The notes under the pieces are model-generated. The model was not told the DNA's origin. It did no database searches and saw only the letters and a list, made by a program, of their open reading frames with translations. This document shows positions 30,163-39,548 of a DNA stretch of 64,000 nt, in pieces (the first letter of the stretch is position 1; the number at the start of each line of letters is the position of its first letter). Position numbers and translations under genes: made by a program. The stretch lies in assembly GCA_948466185.1 (NCBI GenBank), contig CAOJZM010000002.1, positions 66,573 through 130,572 of the forward strand. Reading direction: 5' to 3'. This stretch comes from an uncultured Christensenella sp. Lineage in GTDB: Bacteria; Bacillota; Clostridia; Christensenellales; UBA1242.

Positions 30163-31370
30163 GAATAGCGATAATCGGAGCGGGTGCGGCTGGACTATTT
30201 GCTGGTGGACACTTGGCACGGTTTGGCGGAGATGTTACCATTTTTGATGGGAATGAAAAGTGTGGAAAAAAACTTTTTATTACTGGTAAAGGCCGATGTA
30301 ATATAACTAATGCATGCGATCGGGAAAACTATTTAAACAATGTGGTTCGTGGGCAGAAGTTTATGTATGGTGCAATATCCAAGTTTTCCTCCTCAGATTG
30401 CATGGAATTTTTTGAAAGCCAGGGCGTTCCATTAAAAATTGAAAGAGGGAATCGCGTTTTTCCGACATCTGATAAGTCTAGTGACGTTATAAAGGTTTTG
30501 CAAAAATTTTGCGAGAGTGCTAAAATAAAGTTGAAGGAGAAGGTTGTTGCAATTTCACAAAAGGGAGATTGTTTTTTAGTTAAGACATCAAATGCGGTTT
30601 ACAATTTTGACAAGGTTATCATTGCAACTGGAGGCTGCAGCTATAGTGCGACAGGAAGTGAAGGCGATGGCTATAAATTTGCCAAAATGCTTGGCCACAG
30701 TGTTGTAAAGCCTTGCCCTGCACTAGTTCCCATTGAACTTGATGAGCGGGTGGGGATATTGCAAGGCTTGCCTCTTAAAAATGTAACCCTTCATGCTGAT
30801 GCGGATGGACAGCACTATAGCCAGTTTGGAGAGATGTTGTTTACTGATATCGGTATAACTGGCCCTATTGTACTTAGTATATCAAGTTATATAAATAGAG
30901 CAAAAACTGTAAAATTATATCTTGATTTAAAACCAGCATTAAGTTTGGAGCAGCTTGATGTAAGGCTTCTTAGAGATTTTGATGAAGGGAAAAATAAGTC
31001 TTTGTTCAATATTATGAGGGGACTTCTGCCCAAAAATTTTATTGAGTTATTCTTGTCCAAAGTTGAAATTGACGCAGGCAGAAAAATAAATTCAATTACT
31101 GCACAGGAGCGTGCAAGAATTGTTAAATTGTTAAAACGCTTCCCTCTTGCATATAAAGGTTTATATCCTATTGAGGCGGGTATTGTTACAAGCGGTGGAG
31201 TGGAATTAAAAGAAATTAATCCGAAAAGTATGGAAAGTAAATTGCATAAAGGGTTGTATTTTATAGGTGAGGTTCTGGATATTGATTGCTTGACTGGGGG
31301 ATTTAATTTGCAAACCGCATTTGCAACAGCCTATACCTGTGCAACAGCGATAATAAAGGAGGGGGTATGA
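30159..31370 (+). CDS. HI0933/BaiN-family flavoprotein
   Basis: GAGAAG, GKKLFITGKGRCNITN, IIATGG, VTSGGV, TGGFNLQ. Confidence 0.9.
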   Translation: MRIAIIGAGAAGLFAGGHLARFGGDVTIFDGNEKCGKKLFITGKGRCNITNACDRENYLNNVVRGQKFMYGAISKFSSSDCMEFFESQGVPLKIERGNRVFPTSDKSSDVIKVLQKFCESAKIKLKEKVVAISQKGDCFLVKTSNAVYNFDKVIIATGGCSYSATGSEGDGYKFAKMLGHSVVKPCPALVPIELDERVGILQGLPLKNVTLHADADGQHYSQFGEMLFTDIGITGPIVLSISSYINRAKTVKLYLDLKPALSLEQLDVRLLRDFDEGKNKSLFNIMRGLLPKNFIELFLSKVEIDAGRKINSITAQERARIVKLLKRFPLAYKGLYPIEAGIVTSGGVELKEINPKSMESKLHKGLYFIGEVLDIDCLTGGFNLQTAFATAYTCATAIIKEGV

Positions 31371-32011
31371 TTTATAGATTAGCACAAATTTTGTTTTGGT
31401 GGTTTTTTAAATTGTTCTATCCAACCAAGGTGGTTGGAAGAAAAAACATGCCTAAAGGTGCAGCAATAATTTCTTCCAATCATACTTCAAATTTTGATGC
31501 TATTTTGGTTGTGCTCAATACTTGGGAGAAAAAGTATTTTCTAACAAAAAAAGAATTGTTTAAAAATAAATTTATGTCCTTTCTGCTTAGAGGGATGAAT
31601 TGTATCAAAATTGATAGGCAATCCACTGATATCACTGCTATTAAGCAAAGTTTGAAGGTCCTTAAAGACGGTAAAAAATTATTTATCTTTCCAGAGGGGA
31701 CAAGAAATAAAAGTGATAATCTGGAACTTGGCGAAGTCAAGCAAGGGGTAAGCATGTTTGCTATTAAAGCGAAAGTCCCTATTGTGCCAATGTATATTAG
31801 CCGTAAGCCCAAGATTTTCCATAAAACTATTATTACCATAGGAGAGGCTTTTGAGCTTAACGATTATTATGGCCAAAAAGCCAATGAAGAGGTGCTTGAC
31901 CGCGCGAGTAAAATTGTTACCGAAAAAATGAAATTACTTCAGGAACAAGCTATAGAGTTTTCAAATAAGAAAAAAACAAAACGCAAAAGAAAAATAATAA
32001 AAGAAGCCTAA
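31367..32011 (+). CDS. plsC: 1-acyl-sn-glycerol-3-phosphate acyltransferase
   Basis: NHTSNFD (HxxxxD), IFPEGTR, VPIVP. Confidence 0.9.
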   Translation: MIYRLAQILFWWFFKLFYPTKVVGRKNMPKGAAIISSNHTSNFDAILVVLNTWEKKYFLTKKELFKNKFMSFLLRGMNCIKIDRQSTDITAIKQSLKVLKDGKKLFIFPEGTRNKSDNLELGEVKQGVSMFAIKAKVPIVPMYISRKPKIFHKTIITIGEAFELNDYYGQKANEEVLDRASKIVTEKMKLLQEQAIEFSNKKKTKRKRKIIKEA

Positions 32012-32027
32012 TTTTCGTAGGCTTCTT

Positions 32028-32462
32028 TTATTGTTCCAACTCTTTGCTAATTGTTTTAAGCAGTTTGTAATCTTTGTTTATAATTTCTTTTCTGTCCTTA
32101 CTCCAGTCCGCATTCTTGTTTGGCTCTGCAAGGGAGAATATTCTCGATTTAATTTCATTGTTAGGTAAATTTACATAAAAAATATTTTCATTATTGTAAT
32201 CGGTTAGTTCTTTGGTAATACGATTAAAAAGCATAAACATTTTGTTTGCTTTTAAAGCACTCCTTACAAATGTAAATAACCCTTTTTTGCAAAGCCCTTC
32301 ATTCTCATAATCATTAAGTTTTAAATAAATGGCATCCAAAGCTTTTGAAAATTCATATTCAGATTCACGTGCGGAGTTGTTTTCAAGTTTAGCAATATGT
32401 CTTTGTAATTTAGCAGCATACTCATGTGCTTTTAATATTGAACGCTTATTTTCTTCTTTCAT
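32028..32462 (-). CDS. Hypothetical protein
   Basis: ORF with its own TTGACA-17-TATAAT promoter and GAGG RBS. Confidence 0.6.
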   Translation of the reverse strand: MKEENKRSILKAHEYAAKLQRHIAKLENNSARESEYEFSKALDAIYLKLNDYENEGLCKKGLFTFVRSALKANKMFMLFNRITKELTDYNNENIFYVNLPNNEIKSRIFSLAEPNKNADWSKDRKEIINKDYKLLKTISKELEQ

Positions 32463-32555
32463 GGCAAAAACCTCTCTTGATGGGAGTTATTATACTTTTT
32501 ACAAGTAGTTTTGTCAATACTCTAAACCTAATAACTCCAAACAATGAAAGATTGT

Positions 32556-33029
32556 TTACTGATTCTCTCTTTTTAATTCTTTTTCGTGTTTAGCAAGGGA
32601 TGAAATTATTCCCTCAAGATTAACTTTTTCGCCTTTGATTTCTTTTTCATAAAAAAGTATGACCCGTGCTTTTTCTAACAATTTGTTTCCGCCAAGACTT
32701 CCTATTACGTCAGCAAGCAAGGCTTTGGATTGTGAGGTTTGTGTAAATTCGGACAAATTCATAATATCTTGAAGTGTAGAAAAATCTTTTATATATTGCT
32801 CTTTGGTTATGTGATTTTTTATTTCAAGGTTTTTATTATTCATGGCAATTATAACCACGTCAATTGCCGACAGGGCGGTAGTGTTGATTTTTTCCCCAAC
32901 TTTATTGATTATATAAGTTTCGCAGGCTTTTTCTGCATAAGGTGCGTGTGCTATTTGTGCACCGAAGTCAAGTAATCCCTGTTCTTCATCGATTTCTTCT
33001 TGTGTTTTTCTATATATTTTTGTTTCCAT
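32556..33029 (-). CDS. Hypothetical protein
   Basis: AGGAGG RBS before the ATG at 33029 (METKIY...). Confidence 0.6.
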   Translation of the reverse strand: METKIYRKTQEEIDEEQGLLDFGAQIAHAPYAEKACETYIINKVGEKINTTALSAIDVVIIAMNNKNLEIKNHITKEQYIKDFSTLQDIMNLSEFTQTSQSKALLADVIGSLGGNKLLEKARVILFYEKEIKGEKVNLEGIISSLAKHEKELKRENQ

Positions 33030-33048
33030 ATTATTTCCTCCTGATTTG

Positions 33049-33076
33049 ATGTTATCATATCCCCCCCCCGTGTCAA
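33049..33076 (-). promoter_or_regulatory. Promoter with G9 homopolymer in the spacer
   Basis: Minus strand TTGACA-C-GGGGGGGGG-ATATGA-TAACAT (16-nt spacer, TG extended -10). Confidence 0.6.
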
Positions 33077-33170
33077 GTGTTTTCGAATAAAAACAAATAT
33101 TTTTCAATCCGCCTTAATAATTTGACTTTTAATTGTTATTTTGGTAATCTAAATATAAAGTGAGAAAAAA

Positions 33171-34205
33171 ATGAGTGATAATTTTAATTTAGATATGATT
33201 GATAAAACCTTTACAAACTATAAAAAGGGGCAAATGTTTGATGGCGTGGTTGTTATTAAGCGAGATGATGGTGCGATTTTCAACATTGGCGGAAAAAATG
33301 ATGCCTTTATACCCAAGGATGACTTTGATGATTTTGACGGCTTGAAAATAGGGGATAGGTTTAAAGTTGTAATAACCAATAAAAAGAATGAAGAAGGAAT
33401 GATTGAGGTGTCAAAGCGTCTTGCTGATGACAAAGTGCTTGCAACCCAAAATGCACAGAAACTCAAACTGGGCAGCACTTTTAGTTTTGTTGTTGCTGGC
33501 AATAGAGATGGCGGGCTTGTTTCGCGAATGGGAGATTATGAAATCTTTATTCCTGCTGATGAAATCTTTGTCGATGGAGCAAAAGATGTAAGGCGTCTTG
33601 TTGGGAAACAGTTTGAAGCCACGGTTACCGAAATCAATCGTGAAGATAAAGCTATAATTGGAAGTATAAAGCTTCTTTCTGAGCAGATAAGAAAGACGAA
33701 TGAAAGTTTATTTTGGAATTCAATCTTTATCAATAAGCTTGTAAAAGGGAAGGTTAAAAAGATTATGCCTTATGGGGCCTTTGTTGAGGTGGACGGGATT
33801 GATTGTTTTCTGCATATTTCAAACATCTCATATTCTCGCCTTTCAAACCCAAGCGAAGCGATAAAAGAAGGGGAAGAATATACCTTCAAAGTGATTGAAC
33901 TGGACAGGGACAATAAGAAGGTGGCTTTAAGCCTTAAAGCGTTGCAAGAGAGTCCAAATGCGCTTGCAATAAGAGAATTGCAGGTGGGGCAAACTTACAG
34001 CGGAACGGTGGTAAAAATACTTAAATTTGGAGCGATTATAAAACTTGAAAATGGAGCGAGCGGGCTGTTGCACATTTCAAATGCCACAGAGGATAAACAA
34101 AAACAGATTTATGAAATTGTCAAACTTGACCAAAAAGTTGATGTGATTGTGTTTTATAAAGATGAAGAGGAAGAAAAGGTGTCTTTTGCTCTTGTAAATC
34201 AGTAG
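33171..34205 (+). CDS. rpsA: 30S ribosomal protein S1-like (four S1 domains)
   Basis: Tandem S1 repeats (YGAFVEVDGIDCFLHISNIS, FGAIIKL..GASGLLHISN); usual position after plsC. Confidence 0.8.
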   Translation: MSDNFNLDMIDKTFTNYKKGQMFDGVVVIKRDDGAIFNIGGKNDAFIPKDDFDDFDGLKIGDRFKVVITNKKNEEGMIEVSKRLADDKVLATQNAQKLKLGSTFSFVVAGNRDGGLVSRMGDYEIFIPADEIFVDGAKDVRRLVGKQFEATVTEINREDKAIIGSIKLLSEQIRKTNESLFWNSIFINKLVKGKVKKIMPYGAFVEVDGIDCFLHISNISYSRLSNPSEAIKEGEEYTFKVIELDRDNKKVALSLKALQESPNALAIRELQVGQTYSGTVVKILKFGAIIKLENGASGLLHISNATEDKQKQIYEIVKLDQKVDVIVFYKDEEEEKVSFALVNQ

Positions 34206-34279
34206 AATCAATATAATGTAGGTAATATTCGCATACTTCATACAATATTTGGTGGTAGTATGCGTAAGTTGCCACAAAT

Positions 34280-34318
34280 GCTGATGTTGCACAGTTGGTA
34301 GTGCATTCGATTCGTAAT
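34280..34318 (+). pseudogene. 5' half of host tRNA-Thr(CGT) (attL side)
   Basis: GCTGATG-TT-GCACAGTTGGTAGTGC-A-TTCGA-TTCGTAAT then abrupt switch to AT-rich sequence; pairs exactly with the 3' half at 43625-43670. Confidence 0.92.
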
Positions 34319-34410
34319 AATATACTTTACCATTTGTTTTGTAGCACCTAATATATTATAATATAATATATTAAGGCACTTTTTGAGATAAAATTTTAAC
34401 CTTTAAAATC

Positions 34411-34426
34411 AAAAGTGTAATAGAAA
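34411..34426 (+). repeat. Putative integrase arm-type site, left end
   Basis: AAAAGTGTAATAGAAA, identical to 43460-43475. Confidence 0.65.
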
Positions 34427-34472
34427 TGTAAAAAAGGTTGTAAAAACTTAACTCTGGGGTTATCCCCAATAT

Positions 34473-34548
34473 GCTGATGTAGCACAGCAGGTAGTGCGAC
34501 GCATTCGTAATGCGTAGGTCGAGAGTTCGAACCTCTCCATCAGCTCCA
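34473..34548 (+). tRNA. Element-borne complete tRNA-Thr(CGT)
   Basis: GCTGATG TA GCAC AGCAGGTA GTGC G ACGCA TTCGTAA TGCGT AGGTC GAGAG TTCGAAC CTCTC CATCAGC T CCA; all four stems pair. Confidence 0.96.
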
Positions 34549-34568
34549 AATTATTTTTAGAGGTTGTA

Positions 34569-35462
34569 ATGAAAATAAATCGAAAATGGGAAAGTATAAA
34601 CCTGTCTGCTTGGATAGTGTCAGTTATTTTACTAATACTATTTTTTGTTTTGGCTATGCTATCTCATTTTAAAGTTAGACTGGAAGAGGATATAGAAAAT
34701 ATTTTTTGGGGACTGACAGGTGTCTTTGCAAGTTTTTTCTCAGCTTTCTTTATAGCATGGGTGGTTGATAAACAATCGAATGATAGCGAACAAGCAAGAA
34801 TAGATAGGATTAGGTCTTATTATTTAGATAAACCTATAAATAAAGTTAAGAGTTTTCTTTCGCTAATCACGAGTCCTTGTGAAGATTATTGTGGAAATTT
34901 CAAACCTTATTTTATCGCTGGCAAATTAAATTTTGATAATCTTATTTGGAATTTTAATTTTGTTTTCCAATTAAAGTATTTAGTCAAGAAAAAAGATTTA
35001 GTTAATTACAAAAGAGAAATAACAGTGGATAAAGGCATAAGCCAAGTGATTTCAGGTAGCGAAGTAGTATCACATGTGGATATTATTTTAGAAGACTTGA
35101 AATCTATTGCAGATTTATTTGAAAAACTTTCAAAAGATATGGAAGAACAAAATATTTTTAATAAGATAGAAATTTTTAATAAGCAAGAAATTTCTATGGC
35201 AAAAGAATTGTATCAGCGTTATGTAAGTAATAATGATTTAACAAAAATTATGCACTATGAATTATTTGACGATTTTCTAAAATCATTAAATGCTATTGTT
35301 GATTATTATGATATAGAAATTGAAGAATGTGCTGTGGGCAATATGCTTAAATCACTTGTTAAGTCATTAGACAAAGTTCCAAATATGATCAAAGACGTAG
35401 AAGATAAAATAGTTGCAATTAGAGAAAGTGCAGAAGAATACATTAAGTCAAAATTTATATAG
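34569..35462 (+). CDS. Element cargo: 2-TM N-terminus plus helical soluble domain, unknown function
   Basis: GAGG RBS 20 bp after the tRNA; two hydrophobic helices in the first ~65 aa. Confidence 0.65.
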   Translation: MKINRKWESINLSAWIVSVILLILFFVLAMLSHFKVRLEEDIENIFWGLTGVFASFFSAFFIAWVVDKQSNDSEQARIDRIRSYYLDKPINKVKSFLSLITSPCEDYCGNFKPYFIAGKLNFDNLIWNFNFVFQLKYLVKKKDLVNYKREITVDKGISQVISGSEVVSHVDIILEDLKSIADLFEKLSKDMEEQNIFNKIEIFNKQEISMAKELYQRYVSNNDLTKIMHYELFDDFLKSLNAIVDYYDIEIEECAVGNMLKSLVKSLDKVPNMIKDVEDKIVAIRESAEEYIKSKFI

Positions 35463-35507
35463 TTTGCAACACATAAATAGGACATTAAATATTAATGACC
35501 TTTTTTA

Positions 35508-36047
35508 TTATACCTTTCTTGGTCGTATACTTTCAATATCGGGCAAAAAATTATCATCAAAAGGTTGTGGGTTATCTTGTGTTGGCTGTTCTTCTTGCTT
35601 TCGTTTTTCGCTCGCTTGTGCTTCTTCAAAGGCTTGTATGAGGTTGTTTGTATAGTCTTTTGAAAATGGGTTAGTAACATATTCAATGTTTTGAAACTGC
35701 AACTCTTGTCCTTTGTAGTTCTCAGTTTTAAAGATTGTCAAAAAGCAATAAACATATTTATTCAAAAAAGTTTTATCAAAGTCAATCTCTATGTTTTCAT
35801 CTGGTTTGTAGCGATAATTAATTGCTTTTCTCAATTTGTTGTAACGCCAATTAAACTTGCCTTGTGGATGCACATGAAACTTATTATCACATATCAAAGA
35901 GCCTTTATGGCTACCACTAATAAGTTCAATTGTGATTTCAAATTGCTTTGCACTAATATCTAATAAATCAATTTTAACTATTCTCGCCAAGACACCTTTT
36001 TCTTCAATAGGTGTCTTGGTTATTTCTCTTCCTAATAATTCAAACAT
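35508..36047 (-). CDS. Putative phage-type single-stranded DNA-binding protein (DUF669-like)
   Basis: GGAGG RBS before the ATG at 36047; beta-rich core and acidic Pro/Gln tail (QPFDDNFLPDI); family call is inference. Confidence 0.45.
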   Translation of the reverse strand: MFELLGREITKTPIEEKGVLARIVKIDLLDISAKQFEITIELISGSHKGSLICDNKFHVHPQGKFNWRYNKLRKAINYRYKPDENIEIDFDKTFLNKYVYCFLTIFKTENYKGQELQFQNIEYVTNPFSKDYTNNLIQAFEEAQASEKRKQEEQPTQDNPQPFDDNFLPDIESIRPRKV

Positions 36048-36048
36048 A

Positions 36049-36642
36049 TTAAATTGCCTCCTTGTATTTATTTTGAAATTTCTCAATTTTTTTAAGTTTA
36101 TTGAAAAGTTTATTTTTGGTTGATTGAATATCATCAGTGTTTGCTAATGAATTAAAGATTAAAAAGTCGTCATGTTTATATTTGGTTGTTTCTTGTTCTT
36201 CTTGGCTTACTTGCTTTTTGAATAGCAGTAAAAAGTCTATTATCTCGCTAACATTACAAATTGGGTTACAAATCGGCTCACAATACAATGGCCATAGATA
36301 TTTCATAGCAAAGTTTTTCATAAACATATGGTCTTGTTTTTTGCTACCAGTTTTGATTGCTATATAAATAATCATTTTACCATCATCTAAAAATCTTGGC
36401 CATATACAAAAGTATGAGTCAGTTAAAAGTTCCAAAGCGTCATCAATAAAACTTTCTCTGCACATAAAGTATTCAGCCCATGAGTTAGATTGAGAATCAA
36501 TCTTTATCAAAGTTGCATTTTCAAGTATTGGGTTAATGATTTTTAGTTTATTGATTTCATTGTCAATATAACTAATCAATTCGGTTTTAGTAAAGTACTC
36601 ACTTTTAGGACATTGAGCGAGGTCCATTTTTGTATTTTTCAT
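36049..36642 (-). CDS. Hypothetical element protein
   Basis: AAGGAG RBS; ends 1 bp before the next start. Confidence 0.6.
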   Translation of the reverse strand: MKNTKMDLAQCPKSEYFTKTELISYIDNEINKLKIINPILENATLIKIDSQSNSWAEYFMCRESFIDDALELLTDSYFCIWPRFLDDGKMIIYIAIKTGSKKQDHMFMKNFAMKYLWPLYCEPICNPICNVSEIIDFLLLFKKQVSQEEQETTKYKHDDFLIFNSLANTDDIQSTKNKLFNKLKKIEKFQNKYKEAI

Positions 36643-36736
36643 ATAAAAATCTCCTTAATATTTTTCTAAAAATTGACACTAAAAAAGCATGTAGAGTGAA
36701 AATGAACCCTATTAGTTTTTTAGTTATAAAGTGATA

Positions 36737-36776
36737 TTGACAACGCATATCAAGTCAGTTATAATATGCGTGTCAA
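36737..36776. promoter_or_regulatory. Palindromic promoter site; + strand consensus promoter aimed antisense into the integrase gene
   Basis: TTGACA(36737)-17-TATAAT(36760) inside the inverted repeat TTGACA(A)CGCATAT...ATATGCGTGTCAA. Confidence 0.6.
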
Positions 36777-36800
36777 AATTAAATGATAGTTAATAAATAA

Positions 36801-38213
36801 TTAATTAACACCACATAAGAAATTATTGTATGTCATAGACGCTTGTTCTTGTTGTCCTTGTAAAACATGCGTGTAGACTTGAAGTGTGAACGCTTCACTG
36901 GTATGACCTAAAATTTGAGATACAACTTTGATAGGTACACCACTATTAAGCATCAATGTAGTAGCAGTGTGGCGTATGCTATGACATGGTACATGCTCAA
37001 ATCCATGTTTTATTTCAAATTTGGTTACCCATTGTGTGAGCGTGCAAGGATTAATGACATTGCCATTTTCTTGTAAGAATAAAAAGTCAGTATCAGCCCA
37101 TAAATCTCCATGCAAAAGTTTTTGTTCTTGCCACCAAGTTATATATTCATTCAAAATTTCTGCTAACATTTTAGGCATAAACAATGTTCTTTTTGATGTC
37201 TTTGTTTTTGGACTTTTAATTTTAACACCAAACTGACTGCCAGCATAAATGCAATTTCTATTGACTGAAAGTGTATTGCTATTAAAATCAATATCATTTT
37301 TGCAAAGACCTGCAATTTCGCCTTTTCTTAAACCTAACATTATTAAGATTGATAGTACTGCTTTCTTTCGTAAATCTTGTTCGTTTAAAATGCATTGAAC
37401 AAATCGCTTTGCTTCATCTTCGCTAAATATAGTTTTCTTTTTAACATTGCCAGTAAGTTTTTTAGTGTATTCTTTGGTTGCATAATTGTGATCTATTAAA
37501 AGTCTACGCTTTGCTTCTGATAGTATCATAACAAGTGTGGTTCTAATTCCAGCAATTGTTGCTTTTGAATATCTACAACTTGTTGTCGTTATATCAAAAT
37601 ATTTGTTTATAGGAACTCCAAAATATTTACAAATTGATTTTGCTGTTGTCATGCTTACTTGATTTCCAACATTGCTTGCCATTCTCAAAGTTAGTCGGTG
37701 AATTCCTATTTGTTCAGCAATCTCATGTTGGTATAATTCACTTTCTGTTATGAGTTCCTTAATTGATTTCTTAACGATAACAATTTGCTTTTCATATGTG
37801 TTCGCAGAAAGAGAATCATAAAAGTTTTGAATTAAGTTTGGTCCAATATTTTTAAGTTGATAATCTTTGAAGAAGGGGATTATAACGCTCAAATGTTGCT
37901 TTGCACCTTTGTAATAAGTGTAAGAGTCTGGGTTTCTAATCAAAATGCTATCAAGCCATTGATTAGCAAAGTCCACAAACATAATATTATTTTCAATTGT
38001 GCGAATACCTTTTGAAAGTTTTTCAACTTCTTCCTCAAATTCATATTGTGCTTTCTTTAAAAAGTGTTCGGTTTCTTTTTTAGAAAGGTTTGGTTGTACC
38101 TTAATGGTTTTTGTATAGTTTTTATGCTTGCCACTATATGTGTCTTTTCCACTGCAAATAAGTCGGTAACTGATTAGTTCGCCATTTTTGTTTTTTCGTT
38201 CTTCTACATACAT
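36801..38213 (-). CDS. int: Tyrosine integrase with inserted XRE-like HTH
   Basis: Catalytic residues GLRKGE (R), KSPKT (K), HSIRH (HxxR), LGHT, VYTH (Y); arm-binding-like N-terminus; internal HTH segment. Confidence 0.93.
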   Translation of the reverse strand: MYVEERKNKNGELISYRLICSGKDTYSGKHKNYTKTIKVQPNLSKKETEHFLKKAQYEFEEEVEKLSKGIRTIENNIMFVDFANQWLDSILIRNPDSYTYYKGAKQHLSVIIPFFKDYQLKNIGPNLIQNFYDSLSANTYEKQIVIVKKSIKELITESELYQHEIAEQIGIHRLTLRMASNVGNQVSMTTAKSICKYFGVPINKYFDITTTSCRYSKATIAGIRTTLVMILSEAKRRLLIDHNYATKEYTKKLTGNVKKKTIFSEDEAKRFVQCILNEQDLRKKAVLSILIMLGLRKGEIAGLCKNDIDFNSNTLSVNRNCIYAGSQFGVKIKSPKTKTSKRTLFMPKMLAEILNEYITWWQEQKLLHGDLWADTDFLFLQENGNVINPCTLTQWVTKFEIKHGFEHVPCHSIRHTATTLMLNSGVPIKVVSQILGHTSEAFTLQVYTHVLQGQQEQASMTYNNFLCGVN

Positions 38214-38416
38214 ACTGGCACCTCGCTTGGTTCACTATTTAGAAATCTAACAAGGTCATCAAAGTTAACATGCAATTTATTTCCACTCATAAAATGCTTA
38301 ACTAAATTTTGTTCACATAGTTGCCTAATATACCACTCGCTTATTGAAGTGCCTTCATCAAGTTTCAATAGTTCTTTTTTACATTCAGCAACAGTTCTAA
38401 TTTTTGGTATTGACAT
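38204..38416 (-). CDS. Excisionase-like small winged-helix protein
   Basis: 70 aa, overlaps the int start; ISEWYIRQLCEQNLV..F.SGNKLHVNFDDL pattern typical of Xis-type proteins. Confidence 0.7.
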   Translation of the reverse strand: MSIPKIRTVAECKKELLKLDEGTSISEWYIRQLCEQNLVKHFMSGNKLHVNFDDLVRFLNSEPSEVPVCM

Positions 38417-38749
38417 AATCTTTTCTCCTTTAATTCATGGTTATTATAATTCGGTGTTTTTTAAAAAGACACCACTGGGCGAAACTTTTTTCAAAAAGTT
38501 TCAAATTTTTTAATCAAGCATTTCATTTCTTAAAGTGGAATAAGAAACTCGGTAACTTTGGTTAACAAATTTCAACTCGTGTTTATCATAATTTCACCTC
38601 GCTTTGTTTTCTCTTGTGGGTTGCAACCTTATTGAGATGCCTCAATTTTATGATAAACTAGTTCGAAAGTAAAATCTGTGTCAAAAAACATAAGATTTGG
38701 TTTGTTTTTATGGCTTTAAAGTTGTATAATGTATTTTAGAGGTGTAAAT

Positions 38750-39418
38750 ATGGGAAATCAAAAAGTTATAATATTAGAAGATAAAGTCAAAAAAGAAGAA
38801 ATTATAGAAGAAGAGGAGAAACACAAATTAACAGATGGTGAATTAAAAGAAAAGTTTATAACTAAATTAGAAAGTTTAATGAAAAAGGCCAAGATCAAAA
38901 AATATAAAATGGCTGAATATATGAAAATTGATAAACAAACTTTTTATAATTGGTTTGGAAAGAAAAAAGAAGTGCCTAATTGGATTATTCAAATGTATCG
39001 CATGAATGTTTATTTGTATAAACAAAAAAAATTAAATTATAACCCACTTATGCTTTTTAATGATAAGTTTCAGCAACTACAAACTCAACAAATTGAATCA
39101 TATAAAGAAGTTTCAAAAGTGAATATGAATTACATGATAAAAATGGATAAAAACACTACACTTTATTTTGGTAGGAGTAAACATGGCAGTATTGATTTTA
39201 GATTGCTTTTTTCAAATGGTAACTTATATGACTTGCTTTATGACTTAAAATTAAATTATTGTGATTTACCACCTAATGAAAGGAATAAAGGTATAGGTAA
39301 AAATTCTGTGAGCAGTATGAAAGATAGACTTTTTGAATTTTTTACTGAATTTATTATTACTCATAAAAACGAAAGAGGTAAATTTAAATATTTAATGAAA
39401 GATGGTTGGTTTGAATAG
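38750..39418 (+). CDS. HTH-containing regulator, divergent from xis-int
   Basis: KKYKMAEYMKIDKQTFYNW HTH; GAGGTG RBS; terminator hairpin near 39428-39461. Confidence 0.65.
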   Translation: MGNQKVIILEDKVKKEEIIEEEEKHKLTDGELKEKFITKLESLMKKAKIKKYKMAEYMKIDKQTFYNWFGKKKEVPNWIIQMYRMNVYLYKQKKLNYNPLMLFNDKFQQLQTQQIESYKEVSKVNMNYMIKMDKNTTLYFGRSKHGSIDFRLLFSNGNLYDLLYDLKLNYCDLPPNERNKGIGKNSVSSMKDRLFEFFTEFIITHKNERGKFKYLMKDGWFE

Positions 39419-39548
39419 TAAAAAATAAGAGTCTCCAAAAATGACATTTGGGGACTCTTTTTGTTTGGTTAATATATTTTATTAGAAAGATTATTTGTGT
39501 GTCTTTGGGGTTACTCTGGTGTCTTCTGGTTGAATTGTGGGGTTATGG

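Noticed and set aside
34229-34264. Hairpin CGCATACT...AGTATGCG between rpsA and the tRNA half as terminator or ncRNA
   Set aside because: No U-tract and no recognisable family; could be a processing stem but is unsupported
38530-38600. GAGGTG RBS plus ATG on the minus strand upstream of xis
   Set aside because: Frame closes after five codons; no support for a real peptide
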